Assembly: GCA_030390025.1 (NCBI GenBank)
Contig: CM059453.1
Coordinates: forward strand, 7,812,001-7,876,000
From: Squalus acanthias
Lineage: Eukaryota
Direction of reading: 5' to 3'
DNA length: 64,000 bases
The position numbers were made by a program, and so were the translations under genes. Below the pieces are notes generated by a model, which worked only from the letters and a program-made list of their open reading frames with translations, was not told where the DNA came from and made no database searches. Within the stretch, counting starts at the first letter, position 1; the number at the start of each line of letters is the position of its first letter. Of the stretch, positions 13,301-24,749 are shown piece by piece.

Positions 13301-14140
13301 GTGCCTCCTGTGTCACTAACACCGCAACTACCATGCTTTACGGGTCTAACAGGACCTGTCCCATCAATCAACACGTTTTAATCAATATCAAAACCTATGC
13401 TCAAGTGAACCTGACAGTAAATGTGATACTTAAGTGTGAGCTGCACAATTATGTGGCACAATTCGGAAACGACATTCCCCTGCTGTCTGAGGGTTTCAGT
13501 GAGCTCATGGTGCAACTGAACTCCTCCCTAAAGCATTTTTATGTTTTGGAGAAAGACAACTCGAGAATGGATATTGAAATTGACAGCATAGAGGACAACT
13601 CACATTGGTGGGATATTGGGCTTTATATATCAGCACACCCTTAGGTTTGTATTATTTCACATGCTCTGGTATTTCTCCAACTTGTAATTATAGTGTATTT
13701 GATATATGTAACGTGTGTAGTAAGACTTTGAGACATAAGCCAATTGTATACTCATGCCTATGACTAACCAGCACTAACAAATTAATTGAGCACACCGAAA
13801 GAGAAGATCCGAAGCAACGTAGAGGAGACCCCAGACCAGGTAACATCAGGAAAGATATAAGAGAAAGAGGATAACCCACGCGGGGCACAATTGGAACACC
13901 AGAACCGGGAATTGAATTTAAAAAAGGGATCAGATCAGGGCCGTTACTGCCAGATCGTATGATGCAGCAATAGGAGTAGCGGGCGGAGGAGAAAGGATAG
14001 ACGGGAATGCACTAGAAGGCATGACATATCAGCACGGCCGACATGATGGTTGGGAGACCCCGGGGTGTCCTCCGTCCATGAGGATAGGCGGTCGTCCCCT
14101 GTGAGTGCCATAGTTAGCACCCAGGCCTATAATAAAAAGG
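10356..14140 (+). mobile_element. Degraded endogenous retrovirus, copy 2
   Basis: PBS 11127-11144; gag-like ORF 11307-11561; env-like remnant ~12630-13760 (ORFs 12835-13152, 13333-13644, then VCIISHALVFLQLVIIVYLIY after a stop); boundaries approximate, no 3' LTR found. Confidence 0.65.
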
Positions 14141-14380
14141 GTCTGGACATACATCCCTCAACAATTCAGTAAAGCCAAGCTGAGAACTGGGTCTGATAAC
14201 ACATCCCTAATCCAGTCAGTAATGCCAAGCTGAGACCTGGGTCAGGACACACATCCATAAACTAGTCAATAAAGCCAAGCTGAGACCTGGGTCTGAACAC
14301 ACCTCCCTAATCTAGTCAGTAATGTGAAGCTGATACCTCGGTCTGAACACACATCCCTCAACTTGCCTGTAAATCCAGAT
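14141..14380 (+). repeat. 50-bp minisatellite (~4-5 copies)
   Basis: Unit aaagccaagctgagacctgggtctgaacacacatccctaaactagtcagt recurring at 14171, 14221, 14271, 14321. Confidence 0.9.
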
Positions 14381-15059
14381 TATGACATGGAACGTAGCAC
14401 GCATTCCCTATTCCCCTTTTTCTCTGTCATACTCTCTCTCACACACTTTCTCTCATTCTCTCTCTGCTCAAGAAAACAAGAAGACTGAGCAGTGACTTCA
14501 TAGCTCTCTTGAACCTTTGATCTTAAGAAGCCGAGATTCATACAGTAAATAGTGGCCTAATATTTACTGTAAATGTGTAATAACTCTATTTAATAGTTAC
14601 AGCGACAGGTGGCACTAGGAAGTGACCAGTTGCAGCAAGAACTGTGAGAGTAACTAAGTAGGAAATAATTTGATATTGTCAGTGGCATCAAGGGATTGAA
14701 GGGAACTGCTTAACCCAACAACAGGATCGTGCTTAAGAAAACCAGCTAAAAGCACATAGAATACCTTCAAGGAGATAATAAATACATGACAAGAAACAGG
14801 TAATGCAGACTATTAATAAAGTGTGAAGGAAATCAGTGCAATATGGAATATCACAGGTGGTGGTTGAGGTAGTTTGGGGCGGAGGGGTAGGGGTGGAGAT
14901 TATTCCCGAGACACCAGTAGGAACATTGCGGCAGAGGTGGGGGTATGCAGTTGGAGGAGGAGGGAGGTGCGAGGAATTTATTTGAGACACCACGTATAGT
15001 TCCGAGGAAGGGAAACAATTCGCTGAATGCGATGAGTTAATTACATCGAATTTGCAGCT

Positions 15060-15550
15060 TAGAAACAATACATTAGGCCCAACTGGTCTGAGCCTTCTCG
15101 CACCCCTCTTCATCTAACTCTATCAACATAACCTTCCATTGCTTTCCCTCTCATGTATTTATCTAACAGCCCCTGAAATGCATCTATGATATTCGCCTCA
15201 ACTATTCCTTCTGCTAGCAAGTTCCACCTTCTAATCACACGCTCGGTAAAACAGTTTTTCCTGAATTCCTTATTGTATTTCTCAGTGACTAACTTATATC
15301 GAGGATCTCGAGTTTTGATCTCCCTACCAATGGAAACATCTCCCCTACGTTAAGCATATCGAACCCCTTCATAATATTAAAGGCCTCTATTAGGTCACCT
15401 GTCAGCCTTCTCTTTTCTAGAGAAAAGCGCCCCAAACCGTCAGTCTTTCCTCATGTTTATAACCACTTATTTCTGGTATAATACTTGAAAATCTGTTTTG
15501 CACCTTCGCCAGTGCATCTATATCCATTTCTATAATATGTAGAACAGAAC
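15060..15550 (-). mobile_element. Old CR1 3' fragment
   Basis: Minus ORF 15417-15638 contains DIDALAKVQNRFSSIIP. Confidence 0.75.
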
Positions 15551-17569
15551 TGTGTATTGATTTAATTATTAATCTGCCGATGCACAATCCTTTCGTCTGC
15601 ACACCCCAAATACAGCTACCGTTCCATATACCCCACAATTATGGTCAGCACCGATTGTAAGGAGAATTGAAGGGGTGAATGACTATTGGTCGCGTGGACG
15701 CTGCAACGTGACCTTGTGCAATTCACTCTCACTGACTCTCATTCACTTATTTAATATCCTTGAGGGAGTGAAATAAACACGAGGCACTCCCGAGAAGGTA
15801 CTGTTCCCTATCCTGAATTCTCGAACCCAGAGATTGTCCAGAGAAAGTGGCGTTGCACCGGGACTGCATGTTCAATTTAGTGCGTATATATCCTAGAATG
15901 TTAATAACAGTCACATTCAGAAAGTCACATGGTGTGTTCCTGCTAGAGAATTATCATCCTCTGCACCGATTGCACATTCCTCAGTTCTTATATTGTATTT
16001 CCTTTCACTGCCCGATGATATGTTATATGTTGTAACAGCCTTGTACTAACTGGTTTGTAAGCCAGTGATCCCCGTCCTGTAATGTGGGCCTCTGTTGTCT
16101 CGTCAGGGCTTCTTCTTTCTCGCTTTACAAAACTGTTTGATAATCTTTGGTTTTCAATTCTGCTGTATTCTTCTCCCAAAATATTCACTGATATCTTCAC
16201 CCCACAGACAGCAACTGACCTGTTTTGCCTTTTCAACATTTCCGGGTGTTCCACAAGGCTTCATGTGCCCGGGATGTTCAAGAGTCCTGATTTATCAGTC
16301 GCGGCTGACGAGCCCCTCTCATTGTGTGCGTCGGAAAAACCCGGTGTATTAAATATCTTTCCTGTCTGGAGAAGACCAATTAGTAGGAATAGAACGCTCA
16401 ACATATTGTAATGGGAGAGCTCCAGAAAAATAAGCAATGTCCTGAGGAAAGTGTTACGGATTTCTGCCTTAGAATTGTGAAAATGGAAAAGAGTGAGTTT
16501 TTCAAACTGCACGAGGCTCATCCGAGGTGCTAAACTGAGAGCTATAAGGTAAGGTAGCGACTGATCACTCACCCCTTCATGGTAGCAGTGATACGGTCCT
16601 TTATCTTCCAAATAATCTGAACTGATTCTGCTTCTCAATCTGATTCCAAATGCGCCCAGTTTGAAGCTGGACTGTGTTCGAATGAGGTTTCCGTTTGTAG
16701 CCAGGATTTGATCCCACTGATCAATTTGCAGGGATTTGTTCCGGTAGATAACAATATCCATGTTATTTCCAGCAGCATTGAAACTCCAATCTGAAAGCTC
16801 ACGTCACACCTCACAGTTCTAGCACTAAAGTCAGAAACTTCATAAACCCGTCATTGTAGCAACTCGGATCTCAATGAGTTAATTTCAGCAGATATCAGCT
16901 CGCTGCAGTGTCAGTATAAACAGCTGAAGTCACTTCTATAAATGACACTTTACCCACTTGAAACTGTTTAAAGATAAACTCCTTTGTATCTTTTGACATT
17001 TCAGATACGTGTTGTGCCCCCGAACTACTGAAGGTGATCAACCCACACGTCTGCAGACAACGGATACAGGACTAACCACAGCTTCACACTTCAAACACTC
17101 ACAGTTCAAGGGCTGATAAATAGCTCAGTGTGTGGGAGTTGTGTGTCGGTGCGTCTAAAGCTGGTGGAGAGGCTAGTTTAGATATTGCAATCTAAAGTGC
17201 CACCGCTGTCCTGTACCTGTACAGATGATGAGGGGGCTTGGTGCATCTCTGCTCAGGGTTAATCAGCATTGGCTGGGCCTCATCATATCGTGTAACTGAG
17301 GGCCAATCACTGATGCACTCTGTCATATTCGAAGTGGCCCCAGATTTCCAGCAGTTTTCATCATCAACATTTGAGGTGTGGCGAAAGTTGTGTGAGCTGC
17401 TGCGGCTCCCAATGATTGGTGGGTGGCGAACAGCTGACCTCCTAATACTTTGATTCGATTCGCTATGAACTCCAGTCAAATACCGGCGAACCGAATCTAG
17501 AAACTTGATTACTGATATCTGAGATAAAAACAATTTCCGTCATTTTGACATCGTCAACCGCCTCCAGTA

Positions 17570-17612
17570 ATGAAGAGTATTAGATTGATCTCCATTCTGA
17601 TATTTAGCAAAG
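17570..17612 (+). CDS. Gene A leader exon
   Basis: MKSIRLISILIFSK + G|GTAAAA, phase 1; paralogous to 32494 and 52370. Confidence 0.75.
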
Positions 17613-17619
17613 GTAAAAT

Positions 17620-18060
17620 ATTCTATGCCTCGGCTAATAAAGGAAAGTATCCCGTATGCCTTCTTAAACACCTAATCTACCTGTCCTGCTCCCTTCAGGA
17701 ATCTGTGGACATGCACTCCAAGGTCCGTCTGATCCTCTGCACTTCTCAATGCCCTACCATTTATAATGTATTCCTTTGCCTGTTAGCCCTCCATAACTGC
17801 ATTACCTCACACTTCTCCAGAATTAATTCCATTTGACACTGTTCTGCCCACCTGACCAGTCCATTGATATCTTCTTGCAGTCCACCGCTTTCTTCTTCAT
17901 TCTCAACCACACGGCCAATTTTTGTATCATCTGCAAACTTCTTAGTCATACTTCCTACATACAAGTCCAAATCATTGATATATACCTCAAAAAGCAAAGG
18001 ACGCAGTACTGAGCCTTGCGGAATCCCACTGGAAACAGCCTTCCAGCCACAAAAACACTG
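17620..18060 (-). mobile_element. CR1 RT fragment truncated by the gene A deletion
   Basis: KFADDTKIG (ORF 17761-17997); equals 37297-37735. Confidence 0.9.
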
Positions 18061-18224
18061 AAGTGCAGGAACATTTTAGTCCAGCACAAAGGTAGAAATT
18101 TATAGCGTTAAATAAAGACAAAAACTGATCAGAAGTTATTGAAATGTTTAGCAGAAATTACATGTTGGAGTAGTTAGTCAGGTTTGTTTACAAGATTGTA
18201 ACTCGAAAATCCTCACAACATAAC

Positions 18225-20795
18225 AGCATAAGAACATAAGAATTATGAGCAGGAGTTGGCCATTCGGCTCCTCGAGCCTGCTCCGCCATTCATTCAGGTC
18301 ATGGCTGACCTTTGACATCAACTCCACTTTCCCGCCCGATCCCCACAACCCTTTCTCTCCCAAGAGTCCAAAAATCTGCCTATCTCATCCTTGACTATAA
18401 TCAACGTCTCAGCATCCACAGCGCTTTGGGGTGGAAAATTCCATATATTCACAACCCTCTGAGTGAAGAGATTCTTCCTCATCTCAGTCAGAAGAAGATA
18501 AGAACATAAGAAATAGGAGCAGGAGTAGGCTATACGGCCCCTCGAGCCTGCTCCGCCATTCAATAAATCATTGCTGATCATCGACCGCAACTCCACTTTC
18601 CCGCCCGAACTCCATATCCCATTGATTCCATATGATTCCAAAAATCTACCTGTCTCTGCCTTTTATACATACTCAAAGACTCATCATTCACAGCCCTAAG
18701 GGCAGGGAATTCCAAAGATTCACAACCCTCTGAGTGAAGAAATGTCTCCTCATCTCAGTCGTAAATCGCCTACCCCTTATCCTGAGATTGTAACCCCCTG
18801 TTCTAGACACACCAGCCTGGGCGAAACATCCTCTCAGCATCTGTCCTGTCTTTTCCCTTCAGAATCTTCTATATTTCAATTAGATCACCTGTCATTTTTC
18901 TAACCTCCTTTCTCCACCCATACTGATTATATTTCCAGATCTTCCGAGCCGAGATCATTTTTCTCTACTGTCCATATGCCATCCTTTATTATCAGGGCTA
19001 CTCCCCCTCCTTTTCCATTCCGTCGGTCTTTTTGAAACGTCAAGTAATCTGGAACATATAGTTCCCAACCTTGGTCATTTAGCAACCACGTCTTTGTAAT
19101 GGCTATTAGATCAAACCCATTTATCTCTGTTTGTCACACAAATTCGTCTATCTTGTTACGAATGCTTCGGTCTTTCAGATAAAGAGCCTTTAATTTGTAT
19201 TACCATTATTTATGCTTTGACCTTATTCACTGCTGAACTGCTCCCGTTAAACTCTCTGTCCCTTCCTGTCACACTCTGCATATATTTACCGAAATCACTA
19301 CACTGCTCTATTGCCTTGAGCTTTCTTTTTAGATGTCTAAATTTCACCTCACCTGACCCCTCCACCTTATTTAGTTTAAAGCCTCTTTTCTACAGCCCTA
19401 GTCAAGACGCTTGTCCCAGCCCGGTTTAGGTGGAGCCCTTCCCGAGGGAACAGCTCCCTCTTTCCCCAGTACTGATGCCAGTGCCCCATGAATTGAAACC
19501 CATTCTTCCCACACCACATTCTGAGCCAAGCATTTACGTTTCCGATCTGCTTGACCCTAAGCCAATTTGATCGTGGCTCAGGTAGTAAACCAGAGATTAT
19601 TACCCTTGAGCTTGTGCTCAATAACTTAGACCCTAGCACGTCGAACTCCCTCAGCAGAAACGAATTATTTGTTCTACCAAAGTCGCTCGGTTCCTACATG
19701 GACAACGACAACTGGATCCTCCCCCTCCCACTCCAAATTCTTCTCCAGCCGCGTGGAGATATCCTTAACCCTGGTATCAGGAAGGCAACACAGCCTTCGG
19801 GACTCTCTTTCACAGCTGAAGAGAACAGTATCTATCCCCCTGACTATGCTGTCCCCTATTACTACCACTTTCCTTCCTTCTCCCCCCACTTGGATGGACC
19901 CTGTACCACAGTGCCGTGGTGAGTTTGTCCATCCTTCTTGCAGTCCTTTTCCTCATCCTTCCTGGTAGCAAGTACCTCGTACCTATTGGACAAGGTCCAG
20001 TGCTGAGGCCCATCCACCACTACATGCTGGGTCCACATACCTTCCTGACTCGCATTCATATCTTCATTTCCCTGACCACTGACGAACTCTAAAGTAGAAC
20101 TGAACCGAAAGGGTGTTGCTGCCATCTGGAACAAAGTGTCAAGTTAACTCTACCCCTCCCTGATGCATCGTAATGTCTGCAGCACGTACTCCAGCTAAAC
20201 AACACTGAGCTGAAGATCCTCGAGTTGCAGACACTTACTGCAGATGTGGTTGGTCAGAATCGCGATGCTCTCCACAGACTCCCACATGCTGCAGTTACGA
20301 CACACCAGCTGTCCTGTCATCTCTAACCATGTTTTATTTATTAATTCATTAGTGAAAGCTTTTATGCAATCTATAATTTCGTTTTATTGTTTGATTATTT
20401 TATCTAGTCTAAGTTATCAATTTGATAAGTATTGGAAGTTAGAGTTTCTCAGCTCTTAATTTAATGCCTTCCCTAACTGAGAGAGCAAAAAAGAGCTGAA
20501 ATATTCACCAACCAATCACCTACCTGCTCTCCTGTGACGTCACTCTGATTTTTTTGTAGTTTTTGAATCGGTTGCTCGCCGCTGCCTATGTTATAAATGA
20601 CCGATCCCTCTTCCTCAGACTATGCCCCCTAGTTCTAGATCCCCCCATGAGGGAAAACAGCCTCTCAGCATCTACCCTGTCAATCCCCCTCAGAATCTTA
20701 TATGTTTCAATGAAATCACCTCTCATTCTTCTAAACTCCGGAGAGAAAAGGCCCAATCTACTCCATCTCTTCTCATAGGACAACTCTTTCATCAC
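18225..20795 (-). mobile_element. Nested CR1 elements including an internally deleted copy with ORF1 SGNH-esterase and APE start
   Basis: VVVIGDSIVRG..VVVVHVGT and EGLHLN (esterase ORF1), agaacataagaa tails, 3' UTR pieces. Confidence 0.85.
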
Positions 20796-21056
20796 TCTTT
20801 CATGTTCCAGGAAATATATGGATTAATTGACTGCTCTTTGGCTCGATGCAATTTCATACCTGAGTTATTGCCTTGCTAGAAATTAGGGGAAAGGAAATTC
20901 TGATGAAGCTTTAAATTAATGCAACATTAACTGGTTCTAATCAAACTCGTTATGTGCAGTTACCTCTCTGCTTAATCTAAACGCCGAAATTGGTTCTATT
21001 TAGACACTGCAAACTGCTGTATGGAAACTATCTCAAGCTGGCTTCACTTTTTTTAG

Positions 21057-21344
21057 ATAAACCCATAATAGTATCAGGCCCGACCTGCACCAGTCCCGAC
21101 AGTGGGATTCATTGTAGCTGCAGTGTCAGAGCCAACCCCCCAGCAAACATCACCTGGGGCATCAATGGGAGAAACATCACTGCGAACAGTCCAGATATCA
21201 ATATCCTCTCGTCGGAGTGGAATAGTCACCTGGTGCAAAGCTCCCTGACACTGACTCACCCAACTGAAACTGGACACCTGATCTCATGTTTTGGAGTAAA
21301 CGAGCATGGCGTTACTGTCGGAAAATACCATCTCCAATCTGGAG
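21057..21344 (+). CDS. Gene A membrane-proximal Ig exon (D4)
   Basis: AG|ATAAA..GGAG|GT, 288 nt, phase 1-1; CTS..IHCSCSVRANPPANITW..SSLTL..ISCFGVNEHG as in the last Ig domain of MAG and Siglecs. Confidence 0.9.
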
Positions 21345-21979
21345 GTAAATTTTGCATTTTCCTGTAATTTAATTACTGCGAATGTTTCTGTCCATCACCT
21401 GTCAGTGACTAACTCAACGGTGTTAGTGTCAGCATGTACCAGTTCCACTGATCTGAAATACCATTCTTACCTGCAATGTAGGACTGAATCCAATTTTAAT
21501 TTCAGTAGTGTTTGGGACTAGTTCATGACTGAGCGCTACCTCACTGAAAATTACGATGGGAATAATTCATGTAAAGTTTATACTGTGGTATCTGAATTTG
21601 ATTATTGTCACCTTGTTTTTGAGAAGATAGGAGGGGTAACATAAAACACTCGAAGCAGCGTGTGATCTTTCATAAAATAAACCCTTCTGACTTAGTGACA
21701 CACTCGATGAAATCATGTTTCCTCTCATTGTAACGGTAGTGGGGTACAGTCGATCAGTTCAACTTTTTTTCACAGATATTCCAGCCTACTGCCGGTTTTG
21801 TTGTCCTGAAGATATTCTGAAAGAACTATACAGTGCGATAACACTGACAATGGAGCCAGGATAACTTCGATAACTGAAAGAGAAGGTTATAGACTGAAGT
21901 AACATATCGATAGCAAGCGAGCAGATCCGAGCATGCGGCGTGGATTGATGCAGTCTCTCAGGGAGGCTGCGATATTTAA

Positions 21980-22225
21980 TCTTTTGAAGAAGAGCAGGGG
22001 AGTTCTCTCTGGTGCCCTGGCCAATATTTATCCCTAAACCAATAACACAGAAACAGATTTATCTGCTGATTTACTTTATGGCTGTTTGTGGGATCTTGCT
22101 GTGCGCAATTTTTGCGGCCACGTTCCCTACATTAAAACGGTAACTACACTTCAAAAGTACTTCATTGTCTGTAAAGCGCTTTGAGACGTCGGCAAAAGCG
22201 CTATATAAAAACAAGTTCATTTTGT
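21980..22225 (+). mobile_element. SacSINE1-like DeuSINE 3' part
   Basis: gaagagcaggggagttctc..ctggccaa core and tgtaaagcgctttgagacgtc..gcgctatataaa tail. Confidence 0.7.
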
Positions 22226-22322
22226 TCTTAACAGCTTCCCGTACATGCTGTTAAATGTTATCTTGAATCTTGGTATAATCTTAGAGCAATAATGAAGAGC
22301 AAGGTTTTTTTTTATATTTTAG

Positions 22323-22422
22323 GATCATTTTGGAGAATTGTCATGCCAACCAGAGCCGCCGTCGCAGTTCTCATTCTGATTGGCATCATTGTCTTGGTGA
22401 CGATAGAGATTGATTCACACAG
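22323..22422 (+). CDS. Gene A transmembrane exon (Arg-containing)
   Basis: ttttAG|GA..AG|GTATG; GSFWRIVMPTRAAVAVLILIGIIVLVTIEIDSHR. Confidence 0.85.
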
Positions 22423-23218
22423 GTATGATTCATATTACTTATACTCGTGCTTTAATAAGACAGATTTCAAAAGGACGTGACATCAGGATTTCAGCCCATG
22501 AGCAAATATTGCTTAATGTAATTAACCCCAGATATCATTGACCCTGAATCTCAGCGAAGTGTTGACAAGGGAAGGCTTGCTGTAGTTCAAGTGTCTTGTG
22601 AAGGGAAAGTAGGGGAATGTCAGAAGTTCAGCGTCCCATGTCTGGTCTTTCACTTCCTAGTTCAAAGATTGTACATCAAGGGCCAGTCCAGAACTTAAGT
22701 GCAGAATCTAGTCTCTCACTTGAGTGGAGGCGTCGTATTTCATATAAGACAATTTAAGCTGAACACGGTTTGGCAGCTCAAAGCTCCCGTGGCCATATTG
22801 GCGGAGGACCTCATGACTCAGGAGGTCATAAAATGCTCCACAGCACGATTGCTGGACACGAAAGGGCAAATTCCGGTGCATTTTTCAGACTTGGCAGAAA
22901 TTGCAATGTTTATTCTGCACCAGTAGAATGCTCGCTTACCATCCATAAAATGTTCAGTGAACACTGAATTTGTCCAAGCAGATCAAGATAGATTTAACCA
23001 GCTTCATCAGATAGAGAGAATGCTTTCTTTGGAATTAGGAAAGTGTAGAGATAGAAAAGAAACGGGAATTAAATCTGGTCGCAGCCAATCAGGAAACATT
23101 AACAAGGACGAGTTACTATAGTGCGCCCCCTGTGGTTCAGCACAGGGACACTGGGTGTTGTATTGAAGCGAATTATCTGTAATTTGGAGACGTGAATCAT
23201 TTGTATTTTCTCTTTCAG

Positions 23219-23303
23219 GAAGAAGGTAAATATCTCTGTTGGGGTCTCTCCCACAGACAAGGGTGCAGCGATTTACTGTGTGTTGCAGAACCCACTGAAC
23301 TGA
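23219..23303 (+). CDS. Gene A short cytoplasmic exon with stop
   Basis: tctttcAG|G, phase 2 matching the TM exon; RKKVNISVGVSPTDKGAAIYCVLQNPLN* then G|GTAAGT. Confidence 0.7.
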
Positions 23304-23704
23304 GGTAAGTGAGGAGATGGAATGTTGAGACAATTGTCTGGGTTCACATTACAGACACATCCAAGGGTTAAACAGATGTTATAGCAACTGGTTTGACCGT
23401 GTTCTTAAAGGGTGGAATAGCCTCCTCTCCCATGAACAGGGAAATGTTGCAGTGGCAATTGTGTGCATTGATCGGGCAAATGGGATCATGGACATTTTCT
23501 CAGGTCTGGACTTATTTTGAAATGAGTCGGTCTAAAATAACACCTTCCCAATGTCATTATACACATTAACCAGAGTAATGAATACTCTACGACTATATTA
23601 TCTCTTGCGGTTAAAATTCTAAACCCATAGTGTAAGGCCAGAGCAGGGCCAAATCGCATCGTTATTCTCCAGCCTATTTTGTGAATATTCCGCCATGTGT
23701 CTTG

Positions 23705-23850
23705 GTGTCAGTTTGGCTGATTTGGTAGCACGCACTCTCTGAGGCTGAAGGTTGTGGGTTACAACCTCACGTCAGGATTTGAGCCTTTGTCGTACTCCGG
23801 GCATGTCACATTGTTGGAGCTGCGGCATTTCCGATATAGCGAGGCTTTGG
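23705..23850 (+). mobile_element. tRNA-derived SINE head (copy at ~43373-43530)
   Basis: A-box-like tggctgatttggtagc and degenerate B-box gggttacaacc. Confidence 0.55.
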
Positions 23851-24294
23851 CTCAAGCTCGATGTTCTCAACGTCATGCACTGTGAGAAGGAGAGGACAGA
23901 CTCCTCCACACATCTTATTCCCAGACCCAGGCTGCCTGTTCTATTGGTTCTGGTGTATGTTAGAAATCTCATGCACTAATGCACGAAGAATAGGGATTGC
24001 AACACACGTGGTGGCTAGAACTCCTCCAAAGCCAGCAAATTGTGACTGCTTGGCCATTGATCTCATTTGCTGTTTGCAGTCGCTTGTTGTAAGCAGGTTT
24101 ACTGTAGCACGTCCATTATAATGCATTGGGTACAAGGTATTGCTGTCCTGATAATTCGCCAGATGAAAACCTAAAACTATTTTAGTTATCTGATGGTTTT
24201 TCTTTACCCAGGGGCTCATCGACACTTGTAATAAGTTATCGGCTCTTGCGATGAGTGCGAATTCGCTGCAACAATTCAAAAAGAAACTGGACCA

Positions 24295-24745
24295 ACATAA
24301 GAACATAAGAAACAGAAGCAGGAATAGGCCAATTGGCCCCTCGAGCCTGCTCCGCCATTCAATAAGATCATGGCTGATCTTGGGCTCAAGGCCACTTCCC
24401 CACCCGTTCCCCAAAATCCTTCAATCCCTTATCTTGCAAAAATCTGTCTATCTCCACCTTAAATGTATTTAATGACCCAGCCTCCACAGCTCTCTGGAGC
24501 AGAGAATTCCACAGATTTACGACCCTCTGAGAGAAGAAATTCCTCCTCATCTCAGTTCTAAAAGGGCGACCCCTTATTCTGAACCTATGCCCCCGAGTTC
24601 CAGATTTCCCCACGAGGGGAACATCCTCTCTGCATCTGCCTTGTCGAATCCCCTCGGTATCATATATGTTTCAATAAGATCACTTCTCATTCTTCTAAAC
24701 TCCAATGAGTATAGGTCCAACCTGCTCAACCTTTCTTCATAAGTC
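24295..24745 (-). mobile_element. CR1 3' fragment (copy at 43980-44430)
   Basis: EFRRMRSDLIE..RRNFFSQRVVNLWNSL; aacataagaa tail. Confidence 0.9.
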
Positions 24746-24749
24746 ATAA

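Larger units (their letters stand above)
2570..13760 (+). repeat. Tandem duplication: unit 1 ~2570-8420, unit 2 ~8421-13760
   Basis: Collinear near-identity (e.g. 3620 vs 9549, 5199 vs 11127, 8085 vs 13423); unit 2 lacks ~5602-6182; unit 1 lacks ~85 bp of CR1 near 2807. Confidence 0.95.

Noticed and set aside
14141-14380. CRISPR-like periodic array
   Set aside because: Contiguous tandem units without unique spacers, in vertebrate DNA.
14541-14571. 11-bp inverted repeat tacagtaaata/tatttactgta
   Set aside because: Short, AT-rich and not preserved in the paralogous copies.
15847-16761. Overlapping ORFs up to 166 aa
   Set aside because: No motifs; the homologous sequence upstream of B and C is frameshifted or deleted.
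23268-23286. AIYCVL as a canonical ITIM
   Set aside because: The Y-2 residue is Ala rather than I/V/L/S.
23705-23780. Possible tRNA gene
   Set aside because: Degenerate boxes, no clear cloverleaf, continues into SINE body.
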